Assembly: GCA_046563655.1 (NCBI GenBank)
Contig: CM102289.1
Location: forward strand, 3,100,001 to 3,164,000
Source of the DNA: Yuukianura sp. NJ FZ-2021
Taxonomy: Eukaryota
Direction of reading: 5' to 3'
Length of the DNA stretch: 64,000 nt
The stretch's first letter is position 1. Each line of letters opens with the position of its first letter. Made by a program: the position numbers and the translations under genes. Under the pieces are notes generated by a model. That model was given only the letters and a program-made list of their open reading frames with translations, had not been told where the DNA came from and did no database searches. Positions 1 to 10,916 of the stretch are shown one piece after another.

Positions 1-3000
1 TATTTATGTTAACAATGTGCTTAGAAGCTTTCACTTTCTCCGGATAAAGAAAAAATTTGAATGTTATCTTCAACAGAAAATTTTCAGACGGATTCAGCCG
101 AAAAACCTGACAAGCAAGTTTGATAAACAACAAATTTCGTTGGTAACGCTTCAGACAGGACTTGAACACCCGAAATTAAAATTTTTCTGTATTTATGTTA
201 ACAACGTGCTTAGAAGCTTTCACTTTCTCCCGATAAAGAAAAAATTTGAACGTTATCTTCAACAGAAAATTTTCACACGGATTCAGCCGAAAAACCTGAC
301 AAGCAAGTTTGATAAACAACAAATTTCGTTGGTAACGCTTCAGACAGGACTTGAACACCCGAAATTAAAATTGTTCTGTATTTGTGTTAACAACGTGCTT
401 AGAAGCTTTCACTTTCTCCCGATAAAGAAAAAATTTGAATGTTATCTTCAACAGAAAATTTTCACACGGATTCAGCCGAAAAACCTGACAAGCAAGTTTG
501 ATAAACAACAAATTTCGTTGGTAACGCTTCAGACAGGACTTGAACACCCGAAATTAAAATTTTTCTGTATTTATGTTAACAATGTGCTTAGAAGCTTTCA
601 CTTTCTCCGGATAAAGAAAAAATTTGAATGTTATCTTCAACAGAAAATTTTCAGACGGATTCAGCCGAAAAACCTGACAAGCAAGTTTGATAAACAACAA
701 ATTTCGTTGGTAACGCTTCAGACAGGACTTGAACACCCGAAATTAAAATTTTTCTGTATTTGTGTTAACAACGTGCTTAGAAGCTTTCACTTTCTCCCGA
801 TAAAGAAAAAATTTGAATGTTATCTTCAACAGAAAATTTTCACACGGATTCAGCCGAAAAACCTGACAAGCAAGTTTGATAAACAACAAATTTCGTTGGT
901 AACGCTTCAGACAGGACTTGAACACCCGAAATTAAAATTTTTCTGTATTTATGTTAACAACGTGCTTAGAAGCTTTCACTTTCTCCCGATAAAGAAAAAA
1001 TTTGAATGTTATCTTCAACAGAAAATTTTCACACGGATTCAGCCGAAAAACCTGACAAGCAAGTTTGATAAACAACAAATTTCGTTGGTAACGCTTCAGA
1101 CAGGACTTGAACACCCGAAATTAAAATTTTTCTGTATTTATGTTAACAACGTGCTTAGAAGCTTTCACTTTCTCCCGATAAAGAAAAAATTTGAACGTTA
1201 TCTTCAACAGAAAATTTTCACACGGATTCAGCCGAAAAACCTGACAAGCAAGTTTGATAAACAACAAATTTCGTTGGTAACGCTTCAGAAAGGACTTGAA
1301 CACCCGAAATTAAAATTTTTCTGAATTTGTGTTAACAACGTGCTTAGAAGCTTTCACTTTCTCCCGATAAAGAAAAAATTTGAATGTTATCTTCAACAGA
1401 AAATTTTCAGACGGATTCAGCCGAAAAACCTGACAAGCAAGTTTGATAAACAACAAATTTCGTTGGTAACGCTTCAGACAGGACTTGAACACCCGAAATT
1501 AAAATTGTTCTGTATTTGTGTTAACAACGTGCTTAGAAGCTTTCACTTTCTCCCGATAAAGAAAAAATTTGAATGTTATCTTCAACAGAAAATTTTCACA
1601 CGGATTCAGCCGAGAAACCTGACAAGCAAGTTTGATAAACAACAAATTTCGTTGGTAACGCTTCAGACAGGACTTGAACACCCGAAATTAAAATTTTTCT
1701 GTATTTATGTTAACAATGTGCTTAGAAGCTTTCACTTTCTCCGGATAAAGAAAAAATTTGAATGTTATCTTCAACAGAAAATTTTCAGACGGATTCAGCC
1801 GAAAAACCTGACAAGCAAGTTTGATAAACAACAAATTTCGTTGGTAACGCTTCAGACAGGACTTGAACACCCGAAATTAAAATTTTTCTGTATTTATGTT
1901 AACAACGTGCTTAGAAGCTTTCACTTTCTCCCGATAAAGAAAAAATTTGAACGTTATCTTCAACAGAAAATTTTCACACGGATTCAGCCGAAAAACCTGA
2001 CAAGCAAGTTTGATAAACAACAAATTTCGTTGGTAACGCTTCAGACAGGACTTGAACACCCGAAATTAAAATTGTTCTGTATTTGTGTTAACAACGTGCT
2101 TAGAAGCTTTCACTTTCTCCCGATAAAGAAAAAATTTGAATGTTATCTTCAACAGAAAATTTTCACACGGATTCAGCCGAAAAACCTGACAAGCAAGTTT
2201 GATAAACAACAAATTTCGTTGGTAACGCTTCAGACAGGACTTGAACACCCGAAATTAAAATTTTTCTGTATTTATGTTAACAATGTGCTTAGAAGCTTTC
2301 ACTTTCTCCGGATAAAGAAAAAATTTGAATGTTATCTTCAACAGAAAATTTTCAGACGGATTCAGCCGAAAAACCTGACAAGCAAGTTTGATAAACAACA
2401 AATTTCGTTGGTAACGCTTCAGACAGGACTTGAACACCCGAAATTAAAATTTTTCTGTATTTATGTTAACAATGTGCTTAGAAGCTTTCACTTTCTCCGG
2501 ATAAAGAAAAAATTTGAATGTTATCTTCAACAGAAAATTTTCAGACGGATTCAGCCGAAAAACCTGACAAGCAAGTTTGATAAACAACAAATTTCGTTGG
2601 TAACGCTTCAGACAGGACTTGAACACCCGAAATTAAAATTTTTCTGTATTTATGTTAACAACGTGCTTAGAAGCTTTCACTTTCTCCCGATAAAGAAAAA
2701 ATTTGAACGTTATCTTCAACAGAAAATTTTCACACGGATTCAGCCGAAAAACCTGACAAGCAAGTTTGATAAACAACAAATTTCGTTGGTAACGCTTCAG
2801 AAAGGACTTGAACACCCGAAATTAAATTTTTCTGTATTTGCGTTAACAACGTGCTTAGAAGCTTTCACTTTCTCCCGATAAAGAAAAAATTTGAATGTTA
2901 TCTTCAACAGAAAATTTTCACACGGATTCAGCCGAAAAACCTGACAAGCAAGTTTGATAAACAACAAATTTCGTTGGTAACGCTTCAGACAGGACTTGAA

Positions 3001-5098
3001 CACCCGAAATTAAAATTTTTCTGTATTTATGTTAACAACGTGCTTAGAAGCTTTCACTTTCTCCCGATAAAGAAAAAATTTGAACGTTATCTTCAACAGA
3101 AAATTTTCACACGGATTCAGCCGAAAAACCTGACAAGCAAGTTTGATAAACAACAAATTTCGTTGGTAACGCTTCAGAAAGGACTTGAACACCCGAAATT
3201 AAATTTTTCTGTATTTGCGTTAACAACGTGCTTAGAAGCTTTCACTTTCTCCCGATAAAGAAAAAATTTGAATGTTATCTTCAACAGAAAATTTTCAGAC
3301 GGATTCAGCCGAAAAACCTGACAAGCAAGTTTGATAAACAACAAATTTCGTTGGTAACGCTTCAGACAGGACTTGAACACCCGAAATTAAAATTGTTCTG
3401 TATTTGTGTTAACAACGTGCTTAGAAGCTTTCACTTTCTCCCGATAAAGAAAAAATTTGAATGTTATCTTCAACAGAAAATTTTCACACGGATTCAGCCG
3501 AAAAACCTGACAAGCAAGTTTGATAAACAACAAATTTCGTTGGTAACGCTTCAGACAGGACTTGAACACCCGAAATTAAAATTTTTCTGTATTTATGTTA
3601 ACAATGTGCTTAGAAGCTTTCACTTTCTCCGGATAAAGAAAAAATTTGAATGTTATCTTCAACAGAAAATTTTCAGACGGATTCAGCCGAAAAACCTGAC
3701 AAGCAAGTTTGATAAACAACAAATTTCGTTGGTAACGCTTCAGACAGGACTTGAACACCCGAAATTAAAATTTTTCTGTATTTGTGTTAACAACGTGCTT
3801 AGAAGCTTTCACTTTCTCCCGATAAAGAAAAAATTTGAATGTTATCTTCAACAGAAAATTTTCACACGGATTCAGCCGAAAAACCTGACAAGCAAGTTTG
3901 ATAAACAACAAATTTCGTTGGTAACGCTTCAGACAGGACTTGAACACCCGAAATTAAAATTTTTCTGTATTTATGTTAACAATGTGCTTAGAAGCTTTCA
4001 CTTTCTCCGGATAAAGAAAAAATTTGAATGTTATCTTCAACAGAAAATTTTCAGACGGATTCAGCCGAAAAACCTGACAAGCGAGTTTGATAAACAACAA
4101 ATTTCGTTGGTAACGCTTCAGACAGGACTTGAACACCCGAAATTAAAATTTTTCTGTATTTATGTTAACAACGTGCTTAGAAGCTTTCACTTTCTCCTGA
4201 TAAAGAAAAAATTTGAATGTTATCTTCAACAGAAAATTTTCAGACGGATTCAGCCGAAAAACCTGACAAGCAAGTTTGATAAACAACAAATTTCGTTGGT
4301 AACGCTTCAGACAGGACTTGAACACCCGAAATTAAAATTTTTCTGTATTTATGTTAACAACGTGCTTAGAAGCTTTCACTTTCTCCCGATAAAGAAAAAA
4401 TTTGAACGTTATCTTCAACAGAAAATTTTCACACGGATTCAGCCGAAAAACCTGACAAGCAAGTTTGATAAACAACAAATTTCGTTGGTAACGCTTCAGA
4501 AAGGACTTGAACACCCGAAATTAAATTTTTCTGTATTTGCGTTAACAACGTGCTTAGAAGCTTTCACTTTCTCCCGATAAAGAAAAAATTTGAATGTTAT
4601 CTTCAACAGAAAATTTTCACACGGATTCAGCCGAAAAACCTGACAAGCAAGTTTGATAAACAACAAATTTCGTTGGTAACGCTTCAGAAAGGACTTGAAC
4701 ACCCGAAATTAAATTTTTCTGTATTTGCGTTAACAACGTGCTTAGAAGCTTTCACTTTCTCCCGATAAAGAAAAAATTTGAATGTTATCTTCAACAGAAA
4801 ATTTTCACACGGATTCAGCCGAAAAACCTGACAAGCAAGTTTGATAAACAACAAATTTCGTTGGTAACGCTTCAGATAGGACTTGAACACCCGAAATTTT
4901 TCTGAATTTGTGTTAACAACGTGCTTAGAAGCTTTCACTTTCTCCCGATAAAGAAAAAATTTGAATGTTATCTTCAACAGAAAATTTTCACACGGATTCA
5001 GCCGAAAAACCTGACAAGCAAGTTTGATAAACAACAAATTTCGTTGGTAACGCTTCGGAAAGGACTTGAACACCCGAAATTAAAATTGTTCTGTATTT
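1..5098. repeat. 189-bp tandem satellite array, left part (~27 monomers, runs off the window edge)
   Basis: The monomer (…gttaacaacgtgcttagaagctttcac…gacttgaacacccgaaattaaaa…) recurs every 189 bp, with occasional 188- and 183-bp variants. The ORF-track periodicity (176, 365, 554, 743…) confirms the period. Each monomer has one HindIII and one HpaI site. Confidence 0.98.
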
Positions 5099-5369
5099 TT
5101 TTTTTTTTTTTTTTGATTCGTTTATTTATATTCTTTGATCCCCTTTGCGTTACATGTTATTAAGACCCCCACTAATGGTTTTACATCTTAATAACCTATT
5201 CCTTAATTTTATCTAATATTAAAGTTAAAATTACTTATAGTTATAAATTTAAAATTACACACGAAAATTCAGTTTGTTGACTATTCCTATTTAATTCCTA
5301 ATTATGATTAATTTTAGGCACTTCACTTACTTAACTTAAACTAGTACTTAACTTAACTTATAGCCTAAC

Positions 5370-8204
5370 TTAACGTAAACTTAATTCATGTGACTGCTTC
5401 TCTAGTAGTGCTTTCTTCAATTTTATTTTAAAACTTGAGTAGGTCCCAGCTTTCTTAATGGTATCATCTAAATTATTCCATAACATAAGTGACTTAGAGT
5501 GAAACGTAGAGATGCCATACTTTCCCTGACTCGTAACAACAAATTTACTCTTTGCTGATGATGTTGGGTATCTATGCATTTCTGTAATTGGTATGTAATA
5601 CGATTCCAAAGCTTGAATTTGCTTACCAGTTACCAACTTATACGTAAGACAGAGGACTTTGAACTCATACAAAAATTTCGGAAAAAGCCATTTTAGAGAG
5701 TCCGTTATCTCCTCTGAAATGGTTTCAAACTTTCTTTTACCAGTTACCAACCTTCCCATCCCTCTAATTACTCTCTCCACTTTCTTTTTATTTTTGATTG
5801 TTGTCTCTCCCCACAGAACTATCATGTATTGTAAAACAGAATATACAGCAGCTTCGACTATTACTTTCTTTGATTTCAAAGAGAAATATTCTTTCACACT
5901 AAAAATTTTGCTTAAAACTGCGAAACAGTTTTTTACCACATTGTCCACTTGTATGTTCCACTTAAAATCAGGCTCTAGGATTAATCCTAAGCACTTTATA
6001 GTTTCACTCACAGCAATTTCAATTTCACCAACTTTGATTACGAAACTTCCAAATCTTTCTCGTTGGATTTTTGACCCAAATACTAAGATTTTGGTCTTCT
6101 CTTTATTTAAAATCAAAACATTTGTTTGCAACCATTCAGAAATTCTTTCCATTTCGAAATTAATATTTTCGATAAGATTTTCCTTTTGCTCCCAATCTCC
6201 TACAAAGAGTAAATTGGTATCGTCTACAAAAATCTGAGGTTCAGCATGTTTTAATATTTTGACAAGGTCGTTAATATAAAAAGTGAAAAATATTGGTCCA
6301 AGAACACTTCCTTGTATAAGTCCAGTCAGGTTCTCATTAATCTTTGATCTCCTATTATTGATCTCAACAAATTGATTCCTTTCATTGAAATAATTTCGTA
6401 TCCAAAAATCAGATATCTGAAAGAATTTTTGTATTTTTTCCAAGAACTTTTCCCGATGAACTGTTGGGAATGCGTTTTTTAGATCAATACTGACCAAAAC
6501 GCATGCCTTTCCTTTGTCCATATATTTTTTAATTTTGTCTACTGTCATGATTAGAGCATGTTCAGTAGAGTGGTGTTTACGGCACCCAAATTGATTCTCT
6601 GTAAGTACTTTTTGCTTGTTAACGTGCTCCAGGACTTTATTAGCATATATTTTTTCCAATAAAATCAGAAGAAAGTGAGAAATTCCAATTGGTCGAAAAT
6701 CTTTAAAAGCTTTGGCGTCTTTAACTTTTGGTATAGGACAAATCCTTGTAGTTTTCAGTAATTTAGGAACTACGCCTGTTTCAAAGCTTGTATTGCAGAA
6801 ACTTGTTAGTGCATCCAAAAAACTAGGACAGTTGATCAGCACATTAATCATTCTTTTACTTATTTGCAATTCTTCCACTTGCGACTTTCTATTTCGCATT
6901 CTTTTCCACGCAAATTTAACTTCCTTCGTTGTCACCTCCTTGACAAAAAACAATTGACTGTCCTCTGGTGGTCTAACCGCTACTTTCGTAGACACAGTTA
7001 AATATGGATTTACGTTTTCAGGGAAAGCATTTTTTATGTAAAAGTCGTTAAGTTGATCCACATCGAAGTTGACTTCCTTGTTTAAGGCATGTCTTTGTTT
7101 TAATTGAAAATTGAATTCATTCTTTAGAACATTCCATATGTTGCTTTTTTCGATTTTGAGTTTTACTCTTTCGCAAACTTGGCTTTTTATCTTCATTTTA
7201 ACAAAGTTTTTATGTTCTCTTAACTGATTCTTCAGTGAAAGTACTTTAGTTGATCTGTAGTTTTTATACAATTCTCTGCCTTTGCATATTAATTCAAGAA
7301 TCTCATTGGTTGGTTTTGCAGCTTTAGAGCTTCTTCCCAATTTAATTCTCCTTTTTAATGGAGTCACTTGATCGAAAATGTTTGTCGTGTCTTTAATTAA
7401 AGCATTCAATACTTCATCAACATTGGTTAATTCAGTACCAAAGGTAGTTTGAGCAACAATTTCATTTAACTTCATCAAGTCTAAGTCTTTAAAATCTCTG
7501 TAGAGTTCGTACTCTTTACTTTTTTTTTCTGATCCAACTGTAAAAGAAACCTTCGAAAGGTTGTGATCAGAAATGCCATAATCACTAACCTTGACTTTAT
7601 AATCAGTAACAGAATTTGTGATAATTACGTCAAGAATTGCACTTTCTCTTGTTGGATGACTAACCAACTGTTTCAATTCCATTCGGTTAACCAGGTTAAC
7701 CAATTGTTTTGTTTGTGAGCAATCTTGCAATAAGTCACGATTCAAGTCACCAATAACCCAAAAAGTTTTGTTTGTCATTTTAAGTTGAAATAGAATTTCT
7801 TCTAAATTGTGCATGTCATTTTTGTTGTTCTTGTTCGGAATGTACACAGCACATACCAAAAAACTGTTCGTGAAGTTGATTTGAAAATTCATACATAAAA
7901 ACTCTATTGCAGACGGCTGCATGAAATTATTTTTGCTTAGTTCAAAGTCCCATGTTTTAAAACTATTTTTAAAAAGAATCCCTACTCCTCCTCCGGCACT
8001 ATCCCTATCTTTTCTTGAAAGTAAGTAACCCCTGGGAACTAGACATTGCGATTTCTTCCTTAACCATGTTTCTGTTGTGACAAGTATATCTATCTCTTCA
8101 GCATGTAAAATAGCCTCTACATGTTTCATTTTGTTATACATAGCCCTTACGTTCTTGTTTCCTATGTTAATATTCTTGATTCTGCTGTCTTTGCTATCAT
8201 GTAG
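5370..8204 (-). CDS. LINE ORF2: APE endonuclease + reverse transcriptase (first ATG at 8141, frame open to 8204)
   Basis: APE motifs NVRAM, TETWL, GDLN, LDVI and SDH. RT motifs FRPI, DLKNAF, QGSVLGP and FVDD. CR1/L2-like C-terminus LWNNL…FKIKLK. No stops or frameshifts. Confidence 0.95.
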   Translation of the reverse strand, partial: LHDSKDSRIKNINIGNKNVRAMYNKMKHVEAILHAEEIDILVTTETWLRKKSQCLVPRGYLLSRKDRDSAGGGVGILFKNSFKTWDFELSKNNFMQPSAIEFLCMNFQINFTNSFLVCAVYIPNKNNKNDMHNLEEILFQLKMTNKTFWVIGDLNRDLLQDCSQTKQLVNLVNRMELKQLVSHPTRESAILDVIITNSVTDYKVKVSDYGISDHNLSKVSFTVGSEKKSKEYELYRDFKDLDLMKLNEIVAQTTFGTELTNVDEVLNALIKDTTNIFDQVTPLKRRIKLGRSSKAAKPTNEILELICKGRELYKNYRSTKVLSLKNQLREHKNFVKMKIKSQVCERVKLKIEKSNIWNVLKNEFNFQLKQRHALNKEVNFDVDQLNDFYIKNAFPENVNPYLTVSTKVAVRPPEDSQLFFVKEVTTKEVKFAWKRMRNRKSQVEELQISKRMINVLINCPSFLDALTSFCNTSFETGVVPKLLKTTRICPIPKVKDAKAFKDFRPIGISHFLLILLEKIYANKVLEHVNKQKVLTENQFGCRKHHSTEHALIMTVDKIKKYMDKGKACVLVSIDLKNAFPTVHREKFLEKIQKFFQISDFWIRNYFNERNQFVEINNRRSKINENLTGLIQGSVLGPIFFTFYINDLVKILKHAEPQIFVDDTNLLFVGDWEQKENLIENINFEMERISEWLQTNVLILNKEKTKILVFGSKIQRERFGSFVIKVGEIEIAVSETIKCLGLILEPDFKWNIQVDNVVKNCFAVLSKIFSVKEYFSLKSKKVIVEAAVYSVLQYMIVLWGETTIKNKKKVERVIRGMGRLVTGKRKFETISEEITDSLKWLFPKFLYEFKVLCLTYKLVTGKQIQALESYYIPITEMHRYPTSSAKSKFVVTSQGKYGISTFHSKSLMLWNNLDDTIKKAGTYSSFKIKLKKALLEKQSHELSLR

Positions 8205-9086
8205 TCAGATTTCCATGACCTCGGATGACCTCCTAGCCCGTGCTACTGCCCCTGCTTGGAGATTTGATGCTGTCGCTGCTGCATAACCTCTCCTTTCCGT
8301 TGTAGACTCCGTTATTTCCCGTTCCAATTGAATCAATGCTCCATCAGTTGACATAGTAAAAGGAACTCCATTGATGATGACCTTATCTCCTGCTAATCTT
8401 GCATTTTTCCCGCTTGCTCTAGCCTTTGCTGCCTCTGCACGTAGAAATTTTCGTCTAGCCAAAGTGTTCGGTGGCAAATCTTCATTCAAGTAGATACTGC
8501 ATTTTTTTTGCTGTAGAATTGTTCTCTTCTGAAGTATTTTGACACGATCAGTTTCGGTGAAGAGTTTGAACTTAATTGGGCGATTTTTATCTCTCAATTT
8601 TTTTCCCAAACGAAAACACTGATCAATGTTTACCTCCTCCTCAATTTCAATGACTTCCCGGAAGAACTTTTGTAGAACAAGGTTCAATTCCAGTTCTGAT
8701 TCTTCATTTTCTTCTTTTAGCCCAATCACAATCAAATTAAGCTTTCTGGCTTGAATGTCAATCAGTTCCACACTTCTTTGTAATGCTGACACATTTTTCT
8801 CAGTAACTGATTCTTTAACTTCAATTGCTTTCACACGATCCTTCGTTTCACTTAGATCTTTGCTAAGTTTGTCCACAGTTTGTGTTAAGGTGGTGACCTG
8901 CTGCGTAATTCGATCAACTCCATCTTGAACTATTTGCGCGATACTGTTAAGTGTGAGATTTTGCACTGGATTGAAGTCCGGTACTTGTTGAGTATTTGCT
9001 CTTTTCAATTGAGCCGGTTGATCTTCGTCTTCATCTTCAGTGTCTCTTCCTCTCTTTGCCTTAGAACCTTTCTTATGAGCCGGCAT
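8205..9086 (-). CDS. LINE ORF1, coiled-coil + RRM-type nucleic-acid-binding protein (293 aa)
   Basis: A heptad-rich segment is followed by NLIVIGL…RLGK…RPI…IYLNEDL, as in CR1/L2/L1-type ORF1 proteins. It lies directly upstream of ORF2. Confidence 0.9.
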   Translation of the reverse strand: MPAHKKGSKAKRGRDTEDEDEDQPAQLKRANTQQVPDFNPVQNLTLNSIAQIVQDGVDRITQQVTTLTQTVDKLSKDLSETKDRVKAIEVKESVTEKNVSALQRSVELIDIQARKLNLIVIGLKEENEESELELNLVLQKFFREVIEIEEEVNIDQCFRLGKKLRDKNRPIKFKLFTETDRVKILQKRTILQQKKCSIYLNEDLPPNTLARRKFLRAEAAKARASGKNARLAGDKVIINGVPFTMSTDGALIQLEREITESTTERRGYAAATASNLQAGAVARARRSSEVMEI

Positions 9087-9112
9087 CTTAGTCTATATGA
9101 GTGACTGACAGT

Positions 9113-9147
9113 ACGTGTGCACGACTTGAAGGCTAATAGGAGACTGA
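9113..9147 (-). promoter_or_regulatory. LINE internal Pol II promoter: Inr (TCAGTC) + DPE (ACACGT at +28..+33)
   Basis: The minus strand reads T-CAGTCT at the element 5' end (A+1 = 9145). ACACGT at 9118-9113 is exactly +28 to +33 and fits the DPE range DSWYVY. Confidence 0.65.
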
Positions 9148-10690
9148 TTTGCGTTAACAACGTGCTTAGAAGCTTTCACTTTCTCCCGATAAAGAAAAAA
9201 TTTGAATGTTATCTTCAACAGAAAATTTTCACACGGATTCAGCCGAAAAACCTGACAAGCAAGTTTGATAAACAACAAATTTCGTTGGTAACGCTTCAGA
9301 CAGGACTTGTACACCCGAAATTAAAATTTTTCTGTATTTATGTTAACAATGTGCTTAGAAGCTTTCACTTTCTCCGGATAAAAAAAATTTGAATGTTATC
9401 TTCAACAGAAAATTTTCAGACGGATTCAGCCGAAAAACCTGACAAGCAAGTTTGATAAACAACAAATTTCGTTGGTAACGCTTCAGACAGGACTTGAACA
9501 CCCGAAATTAAAATTTTTCTGTATTTATGTTAACAACGTGCTTAGAAGCTTTCACTTTCTCCCGATAAAGAAAAAATTTGAATGTTATCTTCAACAGAAA
9601 ATTTTCACACGGATTCAGCCGAAAAACCTGACAAGCAAGTTTGATAAACAACAAATTTCGTTGGTAACGCTTCAGAAAGGACTTGAACACCCGAAATTAA
9701 ATTTTTCTGTATTTGCGTTAACAACGTGCTTAGAAGCTTTCACTTTCTCCCGATAAAGAAAAAATTTGAATGTTATCTTCAACAGAAAATTTTCACACGG
9801 ATTCAGCCGAAAAACCTGACAAGCAAGTTTGATAAACAACAAATTTCGTTGGTAACGCTTCAGAAAGGACTTGAACACCCGAAATTAAATTTTTCTGTAT
9901 TTGCGTTAACAACGTGCTTAGAAGCTTTCACTTTCTCCCGATAAAGAAAAAATTTGAATGTTATCTTCAACAGAAAATTTTCACACGGATTCAGCCGAAA
10001 AACCTGACAAGCAAGTTTGATAAACAACAAATTTCGTTGGTAACGCTTCAGATAGGACTTAAACACCCGAAATTTTTCTGAATTTGTGTTAACAACGTGC
10101 TTAGAAGCTTTCACTTTCTCCCGATAAAGAAAAAATTTGAATGTTATCTTCAACAGAAAATTTTCACACGGATTCAGCCGAAAAACCTGACAAGCAAGTT
10201 TGATAAACAACAAATTTCGTTGGTAACGCTTCAGAAAGGACTTGAACACCCGAAATTAAAATTGTTCTGTATTTGCGTTAACAACGTGCTTAGAAGCTTT
10301 CACTTTCTCCCGATAAAGAAAAAATTTGAATGTTATCTTCAACAGAAAATTTTCACACGGATTCAGCCGAAAAACCTGACAAGCAAGTTTGATAAACAAC
10401 AAATTTCGTTGGTAACGCTTCAGACAGGACTTGTACACCCGAAATTAAAATTTTTCTGTATTTATGTTAACAATGTGCTTAGAAGCTTTCACTTTCTCCG
10501 GATAAAAAAAAAATTTGAATGTTATCTTCAACAGAAAATTTTCAGACGGATTCAGCCGAAAAACCTGACAAGCAAGTTCGATAAAAAAAAAACAAATTTC
10601 GTTGGTAGCGCTTAAGAGAGGACTTGGACACCCGAATTTTTGTTGATAACGCTTCAGGCAGAACGTGAACACTCGAAATTCTAAATTATT
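9147..10690. repeat. 189-bp satellite array, right part (~8 monomers, last one degenerate)
   Basis: Same monomer as the left part. It decays from ~10580 into unique sequence by ~10690. Confidence 0.95.
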
Positions 10691-10916
10691 TGAAAGTATT
10701 ACGTACACATCGTAGAAGCCTCAATCATTGGTCAAGTCATTTCCGCCAATTCAGCTTGCGCTGCGGATTAGTAAGCCCTGTATGAGAGAAATTGAATTAC
10801 GGCGTAGGATGATAATGTGTACCCCTCAAGAAAATATTCAAAGCAATGTGCAAATTTTGGTTGCTCCATAACTCTTTAGTTAGTCACATTTCCTGTAATT
10901 TGGCGGATTAGGAAGA

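Larger units (their letters stand above)
5099..9146 (-). mobile_element. Full-length non-LTR retrotransposon (LINE, CR1/L2 group) inserted in the satellite
   Basis: Poly(T) run at 5096-5114 is the poly(A) tail, with AATAAA on the minus strand at 5121-5126. It carries ORF1 and an APE-RT ORF2. The satellite resumes in register at 9147. ATTT is present at both junctions (5095-5098, 9147-9150). Confidence 0.95.

Noticed and set aside
100..165. Hammerhead-ribozyme-like core on the satellite minus strand (CTGAAGC-GTT-ACC-AAC-GAAA)
   Set aside because: Position 9 is C rather than the conserved A, and I could not form stems I and III around an NUH cleavage site. An Infernal scan would settle it.
17..5163. 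Long repetitive ORFs (435, 513, 450 aa) and the 60-aa minus-strand ORF series
   Set aside because: These are an artefact of a 189-bp (63-codon) unit with one stop-free frame. The plus-strand ORFs start at GTG, and the frame is broken freely by 1-bp deletions and TGA variants.
5659..6957. Plus-strand ORFs of 192 and 81 aa
   Set aside because: They are antisense shadows of LINE ORF2.
1..10690. CRISPR-like array
   Set aside because: The monomers are near-identical along their whole length with no unique spacers, there are no cas genes, and the context is eukaryotic.
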